29,602 bases of DNA from Candidatus Marsarchaeota archaeon. Lineage in GTDB: Archaea; Micrarchaeota; Micrarchaeia; Micrarchaeales; Micrarchaeaceae. The notes beneath the pieces were generated by a model, which had not been told where the DNA came from, ran no database searches, and saw only the letters and a program-made list of their open reading frames with translations. Position 1 is the first letter of the stretch. The number at the start of each line of letters is the position of its first letter. Below are positions 1 through 7,638 of this stretch, in pieces. Made by a program: the position numbers and the translations under genes. The stretch spans positions 1 through 29,602 of the forward strand of contig JAMCZL010000019.1 of assembly GCA_023485745.1 (NCBI GenBank), given 5' to 3'.

Positions 1-48
1 AAATGCTTAAAAGCATTTGTTTCGTTATAATTATCAAAAATGATAATT
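1..48. promoter_or_regulatory. Promoter/operator region of the abiE operon with two perfect inverted repeats
   Basis: AAATGCTT-AA-AAGCATTT at 1-18 and AATTATCA-AAAA-TGATAATT at 29-48. The second overlaps a TATA-like TTATAATT (25-32), about 50 nt upstream of the abiEi ATG. Confidence 0.55.
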
Positions 49-78
49 GACATTGAATACTATTAGGGCTGCTATGGT

Positions 79-693
79 ATGAGGTCAGAAGAATTTATCC
101 ATGAAATGCGAACGCTTGGGCTCGGAGTTTTTACCAGCATAGATGCCATGAAGGTGCTTGGAAGCAGCAGGGAGTATGCCAACCTGTTTTTGCACCGCCT
201 GGCAAGGAGAAATCTGATAAGGCACATAGGCAGGACGCTTTATGCCCTGGAAGGCGCAGGCAGGCTTGAAATTGCAAATTCTCTTGCGCCTAACGGATAT
301 GTGAGCGGTCTCGCCGCGCTGTTTTACTACGGCATGATAAACCAGGATCCGTTGGGAATAGACATAGTGAACACAAAAAAGAGCCTCAGCAGATCTGTCA
401 TGTACGGGCGCAGCAAGATAAGCGTCAAAATAATAAAGGTGAGCAAAAAACGCTTCTTTGGCTACAAAAAGGAAATTGGCAATATAGGCTATTTCCTGAT
501 TGCAGAGCCGGAAAAGGCCATCATAGATACGCTATACCTATACAAGGACAGGCTTGCGTCATATTGCAAGGACGCTCTTGACAGCGGCAAAGGGTCCATA
601 AGCAGTGAAAGGCTCATCGGATACGCACGAAGAGCCGGCTCGGCTTCACTGCTAAAGATGCTTGCAAAAATAGGGGTTGATCCAAATGCTTAG
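79..693 (+). CDS. abiEi: AbiEi-family type IV antitoxin / winged-helix transcriptional regulator
   Basis: N-terminal wHTH-like segment (FTSIDAMKVLG...LHRLARRNLIRHIGRTLYAL) and the C-terminal AEPEKAIIDTLY motif typical of AbiEi. Its stop overlaps the start of an AbiEii toxin. Confidence 0.8.
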   Translation: MRSEEFIHEMRTLGLGVFTSIDAMKVLGSSREYANLFLHRLARRNLIRHIGRTLYALEGAGRLEIANSLAPNGYVSGLAALFYYGMINQDPLGIDIVNTKKSLSRSVMYGRSKISVKIIKVSKKRFFGYKKEIGNIGYFLIAEPEKAIIDTLYLYKDRLASYCKDALDSGKGSISSERLIGYARRAGSASLLKMLAKIGVDPNA

Positions 694-1867
694 CGCAGAT
701 GAGCTTGAAGGATATATTGAAAAAACAGGCATGCAAAACTTATGGCAGGTTGAGAGGGACTATCTCCAGCACATCATCTTGAGGGCCATTTATTCAAAGG
801 TTTCTGATGGGCTGGTATTCAAGGGAGGCACTGCACTGCAGAAATTCGGGATTGTCAATAGGTTTAGCATAGACCTTGACTTTACCTCATCACTGAGCAA
901 CGATAAGCTCTTGGCACTAGCGGCTCATGTAAGCGGGTTCTTGGGCGATTTGGGGATAAGAAACGTCTATAGCCACAAAGGCCTCGGCGCAGAGCGCGGA
1001 AAAAGCGCTGAGGTGACTTTTGAGATTGAAGGGCCTAATTTTGCTGCAAGCAGATCGGAAAAAGCCAAAGCCAAGATCAAATTGCAGATAAGCAGGAGAG
1101 AAGCTGTGCTGCTCGGGCAGAAAGCCGAATCGGTAAACCCTATCTACAGGGACATTCCTCCTTATGTGGTTGCAGCAATGCACATGGAGGAGATTGCAGC
1201 CGAGAAGGTAAGGGCAATAATGACAAGGGACAAGCCGAGGGACGTTTACGACCTGTCCGTGCTGGTTAAAAAGGGCTACAGCCTGCTCGAATTCCTAGTC
1301 AGGAAAAAGCTCGAAAACTATGAAGCATTCAGCATTGAGGGCTTCGAGAAGGCCATGGACAAAAAAAGCCGATTGTGGGACAGCGAGCTGAAAAACCTGC
1401 TTTATTACAACCAAGGGATAAAAACCGATCTTCCAAAATTCGAAGACGCAAAATCCTCAATTCTTGGTTTCTTTAAAGACAATATAAGCCTTACTGCAGA
1501 ATTTGACCTGGCAGGGCAGTGGCTGCATAACGATAGAGGCAAAACGGTAATGGCCGAAAGCCTTGCAGCCCTGAACGACAACGTGAAAATAGAAGGCGTG
1601 CACGTATATCCGCCTTTTGATGCCAGGATAATTGCATTCTTTTATGCCAAATACGAGGGCATGCATATGGAAGTGTACGAAAGCGGAAATCCGCTAATGG
1701 AACTGCCGGGCGCAATTGCCTTTCCGCAATCAACCGAATCCCTGGGGCTTCGCAATGTTCATGTTAAAAAAGGCGCCGACGTTTATTTTCAGCTTTTCAT
1801 GGAAAATAAAGGCGTCAAACCCGAAGGCATTGCTTACGCGTCCGTGGTTTTGGAAAGCATAAGATGA
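686..1867 (+). CDS. abiEii: AbiEii/DUF1814-family nucleotidyltransferase toxin with an extra ~130-aa C-terminal domain
   Basis: Motifs ERDYLQ, LVFKGGTAL, RFSIDLDF and EKVRAIMTRDKPRDVYDL. ATG at 686 overlaps the abiEi stop by 8 nt; the ORF track begins at an upstream TTG (677). Confidence 0.85.
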   Translation: MLSADELEGYIEKTGMQNLWQVERDYLQHIILRAIYSKVSDGLVFKGGTALQKFGIVNRFSIDLDFTSSLSNDKLLALAAHVSGFLGDLGIRNVYSHKGLGAERGKSAEVTFEIEGPNFAASRSEKAKAKIKLQISRREAVLLGQKAESVNPIYRDIPPYVVAAMHMEEIAAEKVRAIMTRDKPRDVYDLSVLVKKGYSLLEFLVRKKLENYEAFSIEGFEKAMDKKSRLWDSELKNLLYYNQGIKTDLPKFEDAKSSILGFFKDNISLTAEFDLAGQWLHNDRGKTVMAESLAALNDNVKIEGVHVYPPFDARIIAFFYAKYEGMHMEVYESGNPLMELPGAIAFPQSTESLGLRNVHVKKGADVYFQLFMENKGVKPEGIAYASVVLESIR

Positions 1868-1921
1868 CGAAGCGCGCATATCAAAAAATAAGGATCGCAA
1901 TCAGCCTCTCCGCACAAGGCA

Positions 1922-1927
1922 TATAAA
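1922..1927 (+). promoter_or_regulatory. TATA box of a probably leaderless enoyl-CoA hydratase transcript
   Basis: TATAAA lies 23-28 nt upstream of ATG 1950 and no SD is evident. Confidence 0.45.
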
Positions 1928-1949
1928 TTTAATCTTCGGATTACAAAAC

Positions 1950-2714
1950 ATGGCAGACGAAAGCGTGGTTGTTGAGCACGGTACTACCACAAGCATAACG
2001 CTTAACAGGCCAGACATCCACAACGCGATAAACTTCGAGGTCCTCACCGGCCTCAGGGACGCCTTCGCATCGCTGCAAAAGGACAACTCGTGCAGGTCCA
2101 TACTGCTGAAAGGCTCAGGCAAATCCTTCTGCTCTGGCAGCGACGTCAGGTACCTCAACGCGTTCAAAAACTCCGGCGAGGCCGCGGAGTTCTTCGACAT
2201 GATGTACATAGTCTACCATTATATCGAAAGCATAGACAAGCCCGTGATAGCTGAAATCCACGGCAGCTGCATGGGCGCGGGGCTAGAGCTGGCTGCCGTA
2301 TGCGACATACGTATAGCCTCGAACGATGCCTCATTCGCAATGCCGGAGGTAAAGCTTGGCATAACTCCGAGCGGGGGAGCCACATACCGGCTGCCTACGG
2401 TAATAGGGCAGACCGCCGCAAGGTACATGGTGCTTACAGGGGAAACCATAAATGCAGACGAAGCGTTTAGGATCGGTCTGCTCAGCAAGGTCGTGGATCC
2501 TGCAAAGCTGGATGAGGAGGTGCGCAGGATTGCCGACGCAATAAATGCAAATTCGCGCACTGCCGTGGGCAACGCAAAGCTCGCAATGACCGAGAACCAG
2601 AAGTTCGAAAGGAGGATGGAAAGGGAAAAGTACATACAGTCTTTCATAGACACTGACGGGAAGGAAGGCACCGACGCCTTCATAAACCACAGGAAGCCGG
2701 AATTCAAGAGCTGA
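1950..2714 (+). CDS. Enoyl-CoA hydratase/isomerase (crotonase superfamily)
   Basis: ITLNRPD..NA, FCSGSD, IHGSCMGAGLELA and FAMPEVKLGITP motifs; both catalytic Glu positions are present. Confidence 0.92.
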   Translation: MADESVVVEHGTTTSITLNRPDIHNAINFEVLTGLRDAFASLQKDNSCRSILLKGSGKSFCSGSDVRYLNAFKNSGEAAEFFDMMYIVYHYIESIDKPVIAEIHGSCMGAGLELAAVCDIRIASNDASFAMPEVKLGITPSGGATYRLPTVIGQTAARYMVLTGETINADEAFRIGLLSKVVDPAKLDEEVRRIADAINANSRTAVGNAKLAMTENQKFERRMEREKYIQSFIDTDGKEGTDAFINHRKPEFKS

Positions 2715-2776
2715 AAGCCGCTTGCGCAAATTTCATAATCCATGCACAATAAAGAGCAACAAATAAATATCTGGAA

Positions 2777-3520
2777 ATGGCATTTAGCTGCTGTGTTTGC
2801 GTGGATGCAGAAAGCATATTTAAAAGGAACGGCAGAGTCAAGCACCTTTCGCTCTTTGACCCGGACAAAAATTTGCCTTCTAGAGCCGCCGCCATCGCAT
2901 TTAAGATGGAAAAGGAAGGCACTGACGGCATACTGATTGGAGGATCCGACTCCCTGCATAGCGAAATAATAAGAAAGACTGTAGCTTCTGTCAAGCGCAG
3001 GGTCAAACTTCCAGTAATACAAATAATAAGGGATTCCAGCGAAATAACAAAGTATGCCGACGCGGTGCTGGTGCCTTTGGTGCTCAATTCATATGATTCA
3101 AGCTATTGCATAGGCATAGCCATGGGCGCCATACACGTGCTTAAGGCACTGGAAGTGCCGTGCATACCGATAGGCTACATACTTATAGGCTCTCCAAGCA
3201 CTGCCTCTTTTGTGACAAAATCAATTCCGGTTCCAACAACAAGACCGAAGGTGATAAGGCAGCTTGCCATAGGCGCGGAGGGCATGGGGCTAAAAGCCCT
3301 ATACCTAGAGGGCGGATCCAGGTCGTCAAAGCCAGTGCCGCCGGCTTTTATAGAGGAAGCCGCCCAAAGCACAAAATTCCCAATAATAGTCGGGGGCGGA
3401 ATAAGGGACAACAGGAGCGTAATGGCTGCGGTAAGGGCAGGAGCAGACATAATAGTCACCGGCTCTATAATAGAAGAAACTGGCACAATAAGGGGGTTAT
3501 TCAATGGCGCAGAGAGATAA
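2777..3520 (+). CDS. Geranylgeranylglyceryl-phosphate synthase family (GGGPS/PcrB, group II-like), divergent
   Basis: LFDPDK, ILIGGS, LNS, YLEGGS, IIVGGGIR and AGADIIVTG(S) follow the GGGPS TIM-barrel motif order. Confidence 0.85.
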   Translation: MAFSCCVCVDAESIFKRNGRVKHLSLFDPDKNLPSRAAAIAFKMEKEGTDGILIGGSDSLHSEIIRKTVASVKRRVKLPVIQIIRDSSEITKYADAVLVPLVLNSYDSSYCIGIAMGAIHVLKALEVPCIPIGYILIGSPSTASFVTKSIPVPTTRPKVIRQLAIGAEGMGLKALYLEGGSRSSKPVPPAFIEEAAQSTKFPIIVGGGIRDNRSVMAAVRAGADIIVTGSIIEETGTIRGLFNGAER

Positions 3521-4226
3521 GCAAAGCTTTCTGATAAGCTTCGAAGGTATAGGCGCAGCGGGTAAAAGCCTGCAAGTGGACCTTCTCAGAAAGGATCCTG
3601 ACCTTCAAAAGCGCATGTCCATAAAAGTGGCAAAAGGCGTCAGCAGGCAGAGCATGCAGGAATCGCTCTGGTCGTTCAGGAACAGGGAAACCGAGCGCCT
3701 GTGGGTTACCGTGCTTCCAAAGGTACACCCAGGCACCGACATGCTGATGTTCATTGCAGCGATGAACGAGAACTGCCTTACGATGAAGGACGAGCTGGCT
3801 TCAGAGCAGGATGGAAAATTAAAGGTCATAATATTCGACAGGTATATAGACACAGCTTTGACCCATGCGGTCGCCAGGGCCACGCTTGCAGGGGAGCATG
3901 AGGACGGCCCAGCAATAAAAAGCCTATTCAGCACGTTCTTCGCGCTGAAAGGATACATAGAATGGCCCGACCTTACCATTGTAATAGACACCCCAATCGA
4001 AGTGGCTGAGGGCCGTGCCATGAAGAGGGAGAATCACGGCTATTCAGAAACCGACAGGAAGGGCTTCAGCATAATATCAGGGGCGTACAGGAAGCTTGCA
4101 AGCTACGAACCAGGCCGAGTGCACTTTATAGACGGCAGGAACAGCCCGGAAGAAATCCTGTCCGAGATAAAGAAGCTCATAACGGAGAAGACTGGTGCAC
4201 AATGGAAAAAAGATACGACTGCGTAA
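3504..4226 (+). CDS. Thymidylate (dTMP) kinase-like protein, divergent
   Basis: P-loop ISFEGIGAAGKS, IIFDRY and WPDLTIVIDTPIEVAEGR match the TMK layout. Overlaps the upstream gene by 17 nt. Confidence 0.75.
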   Translation: MAQRDKQSFLISFEGIGAAGKSLQVDLLRKDPDLQKRMSIKVAKGVSRQSMQESLWSFRNRETERLWVTVLPKVHPGTDMLMFIAAMNENCLTMKDELASEQDGKLKVIIFDRYIDTALTHAVARATLAGEHEDGPAIKSLFSTFFALKGYIEWPDLTIVIDTPIEVAEGRAMKRENHGYSETDRKGFSIISGAYRKLASYEPGRVHFIDGRNSPEEILSEIKKLITEKTGAQWKKDTTA

Positions 4227-5308
4227 TAGTTGGAGGAAGCATCACAGGTCTTACCGCAGCGAGAGAGCTTTCCAAAAAGGCCAGCGTGCTGCTTGTAGAA
4301 TCCAACCCCAAGATAGGGACGCCGTTCAGGTGCTCGGGCTTTATAAACGCCCCAGCGTTTGAAGAATTTGCCCTTGCCAAGGCGCAGATTCAAAACAGCA
4401 TATCGCAGCTTGAGGTAGTGCACGGCAGTAGCAGCCTGACGTTTGCAAGCAAAAAGCCTTCCGGCTTTGTCACCGAAAGGCCTGCGCTCGAGAGGTCTCT
4501 GCTCGGTGAGGTCGAGCCCTACATTGACATAATCACAGGCGACAAGGTTATTGATATAAAAAGCGGCACCGTAAGCATGCACGCGTCTGGAAATGTCTCG
4601 GCCGGCTGCCTAATAGGTGCGGACGGCACCAATTCGCTGGTGCGCCGGAGCATTGGCATAGCCGATCCTGAAAAGGTCACGGCCGTGCAGTTCGAACTTC
4701 CGGGCAGATTTGAACGCGACAGGGCCGCAATATATGTCGGAGAGGAATTCATGCCGTTCCACTTGTGGGTCATACCTGTGAATGAATCCCTTGCGAGGAT
4801 AGGCATAGGCACGGCGGGAGATGTGAGGGCCGGCATGCAAAGGCTTCTGGAGCTGGTAAAGAAATACAGGATAGCAGACTACTCTAAATATAAAGAAGCA
4901 AGGTTCATGGTCAACACTCTTCCTTCAAGCCCTGTGTCAAGCACCGGCAAAGGAAGCACGATGCTTGCCGGAATGTCCGGCAGCATAATAAAGCCCCTCA
5001 GCCTTGGCGGCATATATTTCGGTATGCTTTCAGCAAGCATGGCCGCGCGCAGTTTAATCGATGGCACTCTTGCCCCGGGATATGAGCGCAAGCTTGAGAC
5101 CGCAGGAATACTCGCGCGCGTATATGACGAGTTTGCGCTGCTGAAGAGATGGTCGAGCCTGACGGATGCAAAGCTGTGCAATGCGTTCAGCAGGGCAGAG
5201 GCAGAATCAGGCCGTGAAATCCCAATGCCTTCAGGCGGAGCGCAACAAACCTCAGGCATAACAGGAATTATAAAATTCCTTATTGTCAATTCTGCAGTAG
5301 GTGGTTGA
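4202..5308 (+). CDS. Geranylgeranyl-reductase-like FAD-dependent oxidoreductase, divergent
   Basis: YDCVIVGGSITG, E...IG.PFRCSG, ER..LE..L, LIGADG.NS.VRR, LWVIP...ARIG and KPLSLGGIYFGM parallel the GGR family. Overlaps the upstream gene by 25 nt. Confidence 0.72.
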   Translation: MEKRYDCVIVGGSITGLTAARELSKKASVLLVESNPKIGTPFRCSGFINAPAFEEFALAKAQIQNSISQLEVVHGSSSLTFASKKPSGFVTERPALERSLLGEVEPYIDIITGDKVIDIKSGTVSMHASGNVSAGCLIGADGTNSLVRRSIGIADPEKVTAVQFELPGRFERDRAAIYVGEEFMPFHLWVIPVNESLARIGIGTAGDVRAGMQRLLELVKKYRIADYSKYKEARFMVNTLPSSPVSSTGKGSTMLAGMSGSIIKPLSLGGIYFGMLSASMAARSLIDGTLAPGYERKLETAGILARVYDEFALLKRWSSLTDAKLCNAFSRAEAESGREIPMPSGGAQQTSGITGIIKFLIVNSAVGG

Positions 5309-5324
5309 AACGGGCACTAGGGCA

Positions 5325-5798
5325 ATGAATGACAAGATAAAAGAGTATGCAAAGAAATACGTAGACGGCCAGGTCGTGACCATACTGCCAGTAATCAACG
5401 AAAAAATGGCAGTTGTAAACAGGCAGTACCGTAAAACTACCGGATCGTGGATGTACGAGCTCCCTTCGGGCAAGATAGAGCCCAATGAGAGCCCCCGCCG
5501 CGCTGCCCTAAGGGAGCTTGAGGAGGAAACAGGCTACAGCGCAGGCAGAATGAAGCTGCTTTTTTCAGCATACCTCGTGTCAGGGATAAACACAAGGAAA
5601 AGCTACTTCTACCTTGCGACAAACCTGAAAAAGGGCACGCCAATGAGAGAACCTGACGAACTCATAAAGACCAAGGCCATGCCCCTTGGCAGGCTATTCG
5701 GAATGGTAAAAAAAGGCACGATCGCTGACAGCAAGAGCGTAGCCGGCATTCTCTACTACAAGAGCTTCGTACAGGGCAGGCCTAATAAAAGTGCTTGA
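5325..5798 (+). CDS. Nudix hydrolase (ADP-ribose pyrophosphatase NudF-like)
   Basis: Intact Nudix box GKIEPNESPRRAALRELEEETGY plus RQYR...ELPSG. The alternative GTG start at 5301 overlaps the upstream stop. Confidence 0.9.
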   Translation: MNDKIKEYAKKYVDGQVVTILPVINEKMAVVNRQYRKTTGSWMYELPSGKIEPNESPRRAALRELEEETGYSAGRMKLLFSAYLVSGINTRKSYFYLATNLKKGTPMREPDELIKTKAMPLGRLFGMVKKGTIADSKSVAGILYYKSFVQGRPNKSA

Positions 5799-6327
5799 CC
5801 TTAGGGTCAAGAAGGTCTGAGTAGGCCCTATAATCCTTGACGAATCCAACCACTACGCTGCACGAGTCTCCGAACGCCTTGGCAAGGGCATCCTTTTCCT
5901 TCCTGCACATTTCATAGGCCTTTTCCCTTGACTCCTTGCCCTCCTTCCTGAGCATGCTCGGCTTTTTGATGGCTCCTGATTCAACAAGAGCACTTTCGAA
6001 GATAAAAAGGTTCAACTCCGGCCCATCTGCATGCGTCTCCCTCCAGGCTGCAGAGCCGTGCCGATCTGACAAAGCAAGCTCTCCTACGACATACTCCTTT
6101 CCTGATTTCTCAGCAACAATCTCGTATACTGTTTCCTTTGACCTTACAAACTCGAAGCCAAAGGGCGAGTCTTCGCTGCGCTTCCTTGTGACAGCGCCAG
6201 GCACATCCCTCTGTGACAAATAAATCTTGTCGTACTTAGGATCAAGCGCTTCATTGAGCGTTGCTATTGCGATTTCAGATGCCGGCTCTATAAACTTATC
6301 CAATGCTGCCGATTTTTGTTTTTCCAT
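5782..6327 (-). CDS. Hypothetical protein, 181 aa
   Basis: Fills the gap between genes, has a strong SD (CAGGTGA) 7 nt upstream of the ATG and protein-like composition. No family recognised. Confidence 0.7.
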   Translation of the reverse strand: MEKQKSAALDKFIEPASEIAIATLNEALDPKYDKIYLSQRDVPGAVTRKRSEDSPFGFEFVRSKETVYEIVAEKSGKEYVVGELALSDRHGSAAWRETHADGPELNLFIFESALVESGAIKKPSMLRKEGKESREKAYEMCRKEKDALAKAFGDSCSVVVGFVKDYRAYSDLLDPKVKHFY

Positions 6328-6512
6328 AACTTATCACCTGTTGCGCAATGCAGCAAAGACGCCACATAGCTCTGTTAACCTGCCCGTATTCGCCGAGCAG
6401 TTTAAGGCAAACGCCTTTTCTCACCGCGTCTTCTTTGCACCAATATACAATTATGCAAATAACCGATATTAATATTTTTGCTGCGCTTAGAAATATCAAA
6501 GCAGGCGCGTTC

Positions 6513-7442
6513 ATGTTCGACTATGAGTACTTTGGCACCGGCACGTTTTCCATATCTGAAAACATGGCGCTAGAAGAGCTTCTGCTTGACGAATCCGCCA
6601 GAAGGAAGGTCGCCACGATACGGTTCTGGAACGTTGAGAAAGACGCCGCCGTCATAGGCTATGGGGAATCAAAGTCAAACATAAAACGCGAGGACGGCAG
6701 CTTCGACATAGCAAGGAGGATCACAGGAGGCTCCCATGTCCAATTCGACAGCAACTGCCTTGCGTACACGTTTACAGTTCCACGGGACGGCAGCTTCAGG
6801 TACTTCAACGACATGAGAAAATTCTTTGCAGACAAAGTCGCAGCTGCCCTGGCCGAACTTGGGATAGACGAAGCTGAAGCCGACAACAAAGCCTCTACAA
6901 TAAACGTCGACGGCAAAGTAATTGCAAGCCACGCAATTTTCTGGGGAACCGAGAGCGCGCTAATGCACGGGCTAATACTTGTAAACCGCTACGATGCGAA
7001 TAAGATATTCGAAAGGATGCTGCTCAAGAAGCGCAAGATAGGAAGGCACTTGTATTCAGAGTACGGGGCGCTGAAGAACATGCCGGTTGCGGCCGATCTC
7101 ATGCCAGGCAAAGTGCACGGAGAGATTCCGAAGAGCAACAAAATTGCATATGTAAAAAAGATGATATCAGAGCAGATACTTAAGGAAATAGCGGGCGAGA
7201 GATACAAGGGCAGGGGCGTGAGCCCTGACTACATAGCAAACGCCATGAGCCTTGTAAGCCAAAGGCACGTCGGAACCCCATGGCTAGAGAACCGCAGCCC
7301 GTCTTATACTGATTCTGAGGCCGAGGCGATCCCAGGCGAGGAACTTGCAGGAGAGCTAAAGAAAGATCTGGGGTACTGCATGTACATAGAAGTTCCTGAC
7401 AAAGATTTTGCAAAGATGACTCTCCCAGAAGATGAGATATAA
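6513..7442 (+). CDS. Lipoate-protein ligase A / BPL_LplA_LipB superfamily protein, divergent
   Basis: ENMALEELLL, TIRFW....AAVIG, RRITGGSHVQFD..LAYTF, INVDGKVIAS and LMHGLILV follow the LplA pattern. ATG 6513 preferred over the track start (6348). Confidence 0.75.
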   Translation: MFDYEYFGTGTFSISENMALEELLLDESARRKVATIRFWNVEKDAAVIGYGESKSNIKREDGSFDIARRITGGSHVQFDSNCLAYTFTVPRDGSFRYFNDMRKFFADKVAAALAELGIDEAEADNKASTINVDGKVIASHAIFWGTESALMHGLILVNRYDANKIFERMLLKKRKIGRHLYSEYGALKNMPVAADLMPGKVHGEIPKSNKIAYVKKMISEQILKEIAGERYKGRGVSPDYIANAMSLVSQRHVGTPWLENRSPSYTDSEAEAIPGEELAGELKKDLGYCMYIEVPDKDFAKMTLPEDEI

Positions 7443-7451
7443 AAATTAGAA

Positions 7452-7457
7452 TTTTTT
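7452..7457 (+). terminator. Oligo-T archaeal terminator after the lplA-like gene
   Basis: TTTTTT 10 nt after the TAA at 7440-7442. Confidence 0.35.
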
Positions 7458-7503
7458 GCCCCCGAAGAGGGAAAGAATGGTTTGAACCATTCTGGCCAAG
7501 CGG

Positions 7504-7638
7504 TTATTTCCTCCTTAGAGGCAAAACCTTTTCTATGGCCGACATGCCCATATCTGCTTTTATTTGCCCTGTATTCAACTTTTCCAGGACATTAGCCCAG
7601 TTTATTCTATATACTGGAGCCCTTTTTGTTTCTTCCAT
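7504..7638 (-). CDS. Small protein of 44 aa (MEETKRAPVYRINWANVLEKLNTGQIKADMGMSAIEKVLPLRRK), missing from the ORF track
   Basis: Translated by hand. AGGTGA SD 4 nt upstream of the ATG and a BRE/TATA (GGAAAGG-TATAAATA, TATA at 7712-7705) further upstream. Confidence 0.6.
   Translation of the reverse strand: MEETKRAPVYRINWANVLEKLNTGQIKADMGMSAIEKVLPLRRK

Noticed and set aside
1931-1942. AATC-TTCG-GATT tetraloop hairpin upstream of the crotonase ATG
   Set aside because: Only 4 bp, mostly A-T, and probably upstream of the transcription start.
2219-3022. 267-aa minus-strand ORF
   Set aside because: Antisense shadow of the crotonase and GGGPS genes, with no motifs.
3082-3120. Apparent loss of the GGGPS aromatic hexamerisation anchor (Trp to Cys)
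   Set aside because: Re-alignment (NSTNPYWIIG versus NSYDSSYCIG) places Tyr at the anchor position, so an aromatic residue is kept.
6348-6512. 55-aa N-terminal extension of the LplA-like ORF, and the 72-aa antisense ORF 6296-6514
   Set aside because: This is the divergent promoter region; homology begins at ATG 6513 and neither extension looks protein-like.
7474-7493. Hairpin read as a tRNA T-arm remnant or att site (minus-strand GGTTCAAACC)
   Set aside because: The loop has 6 nt rather than 7, only about 8 nt match tRNA-Thr, and no integrase is present.
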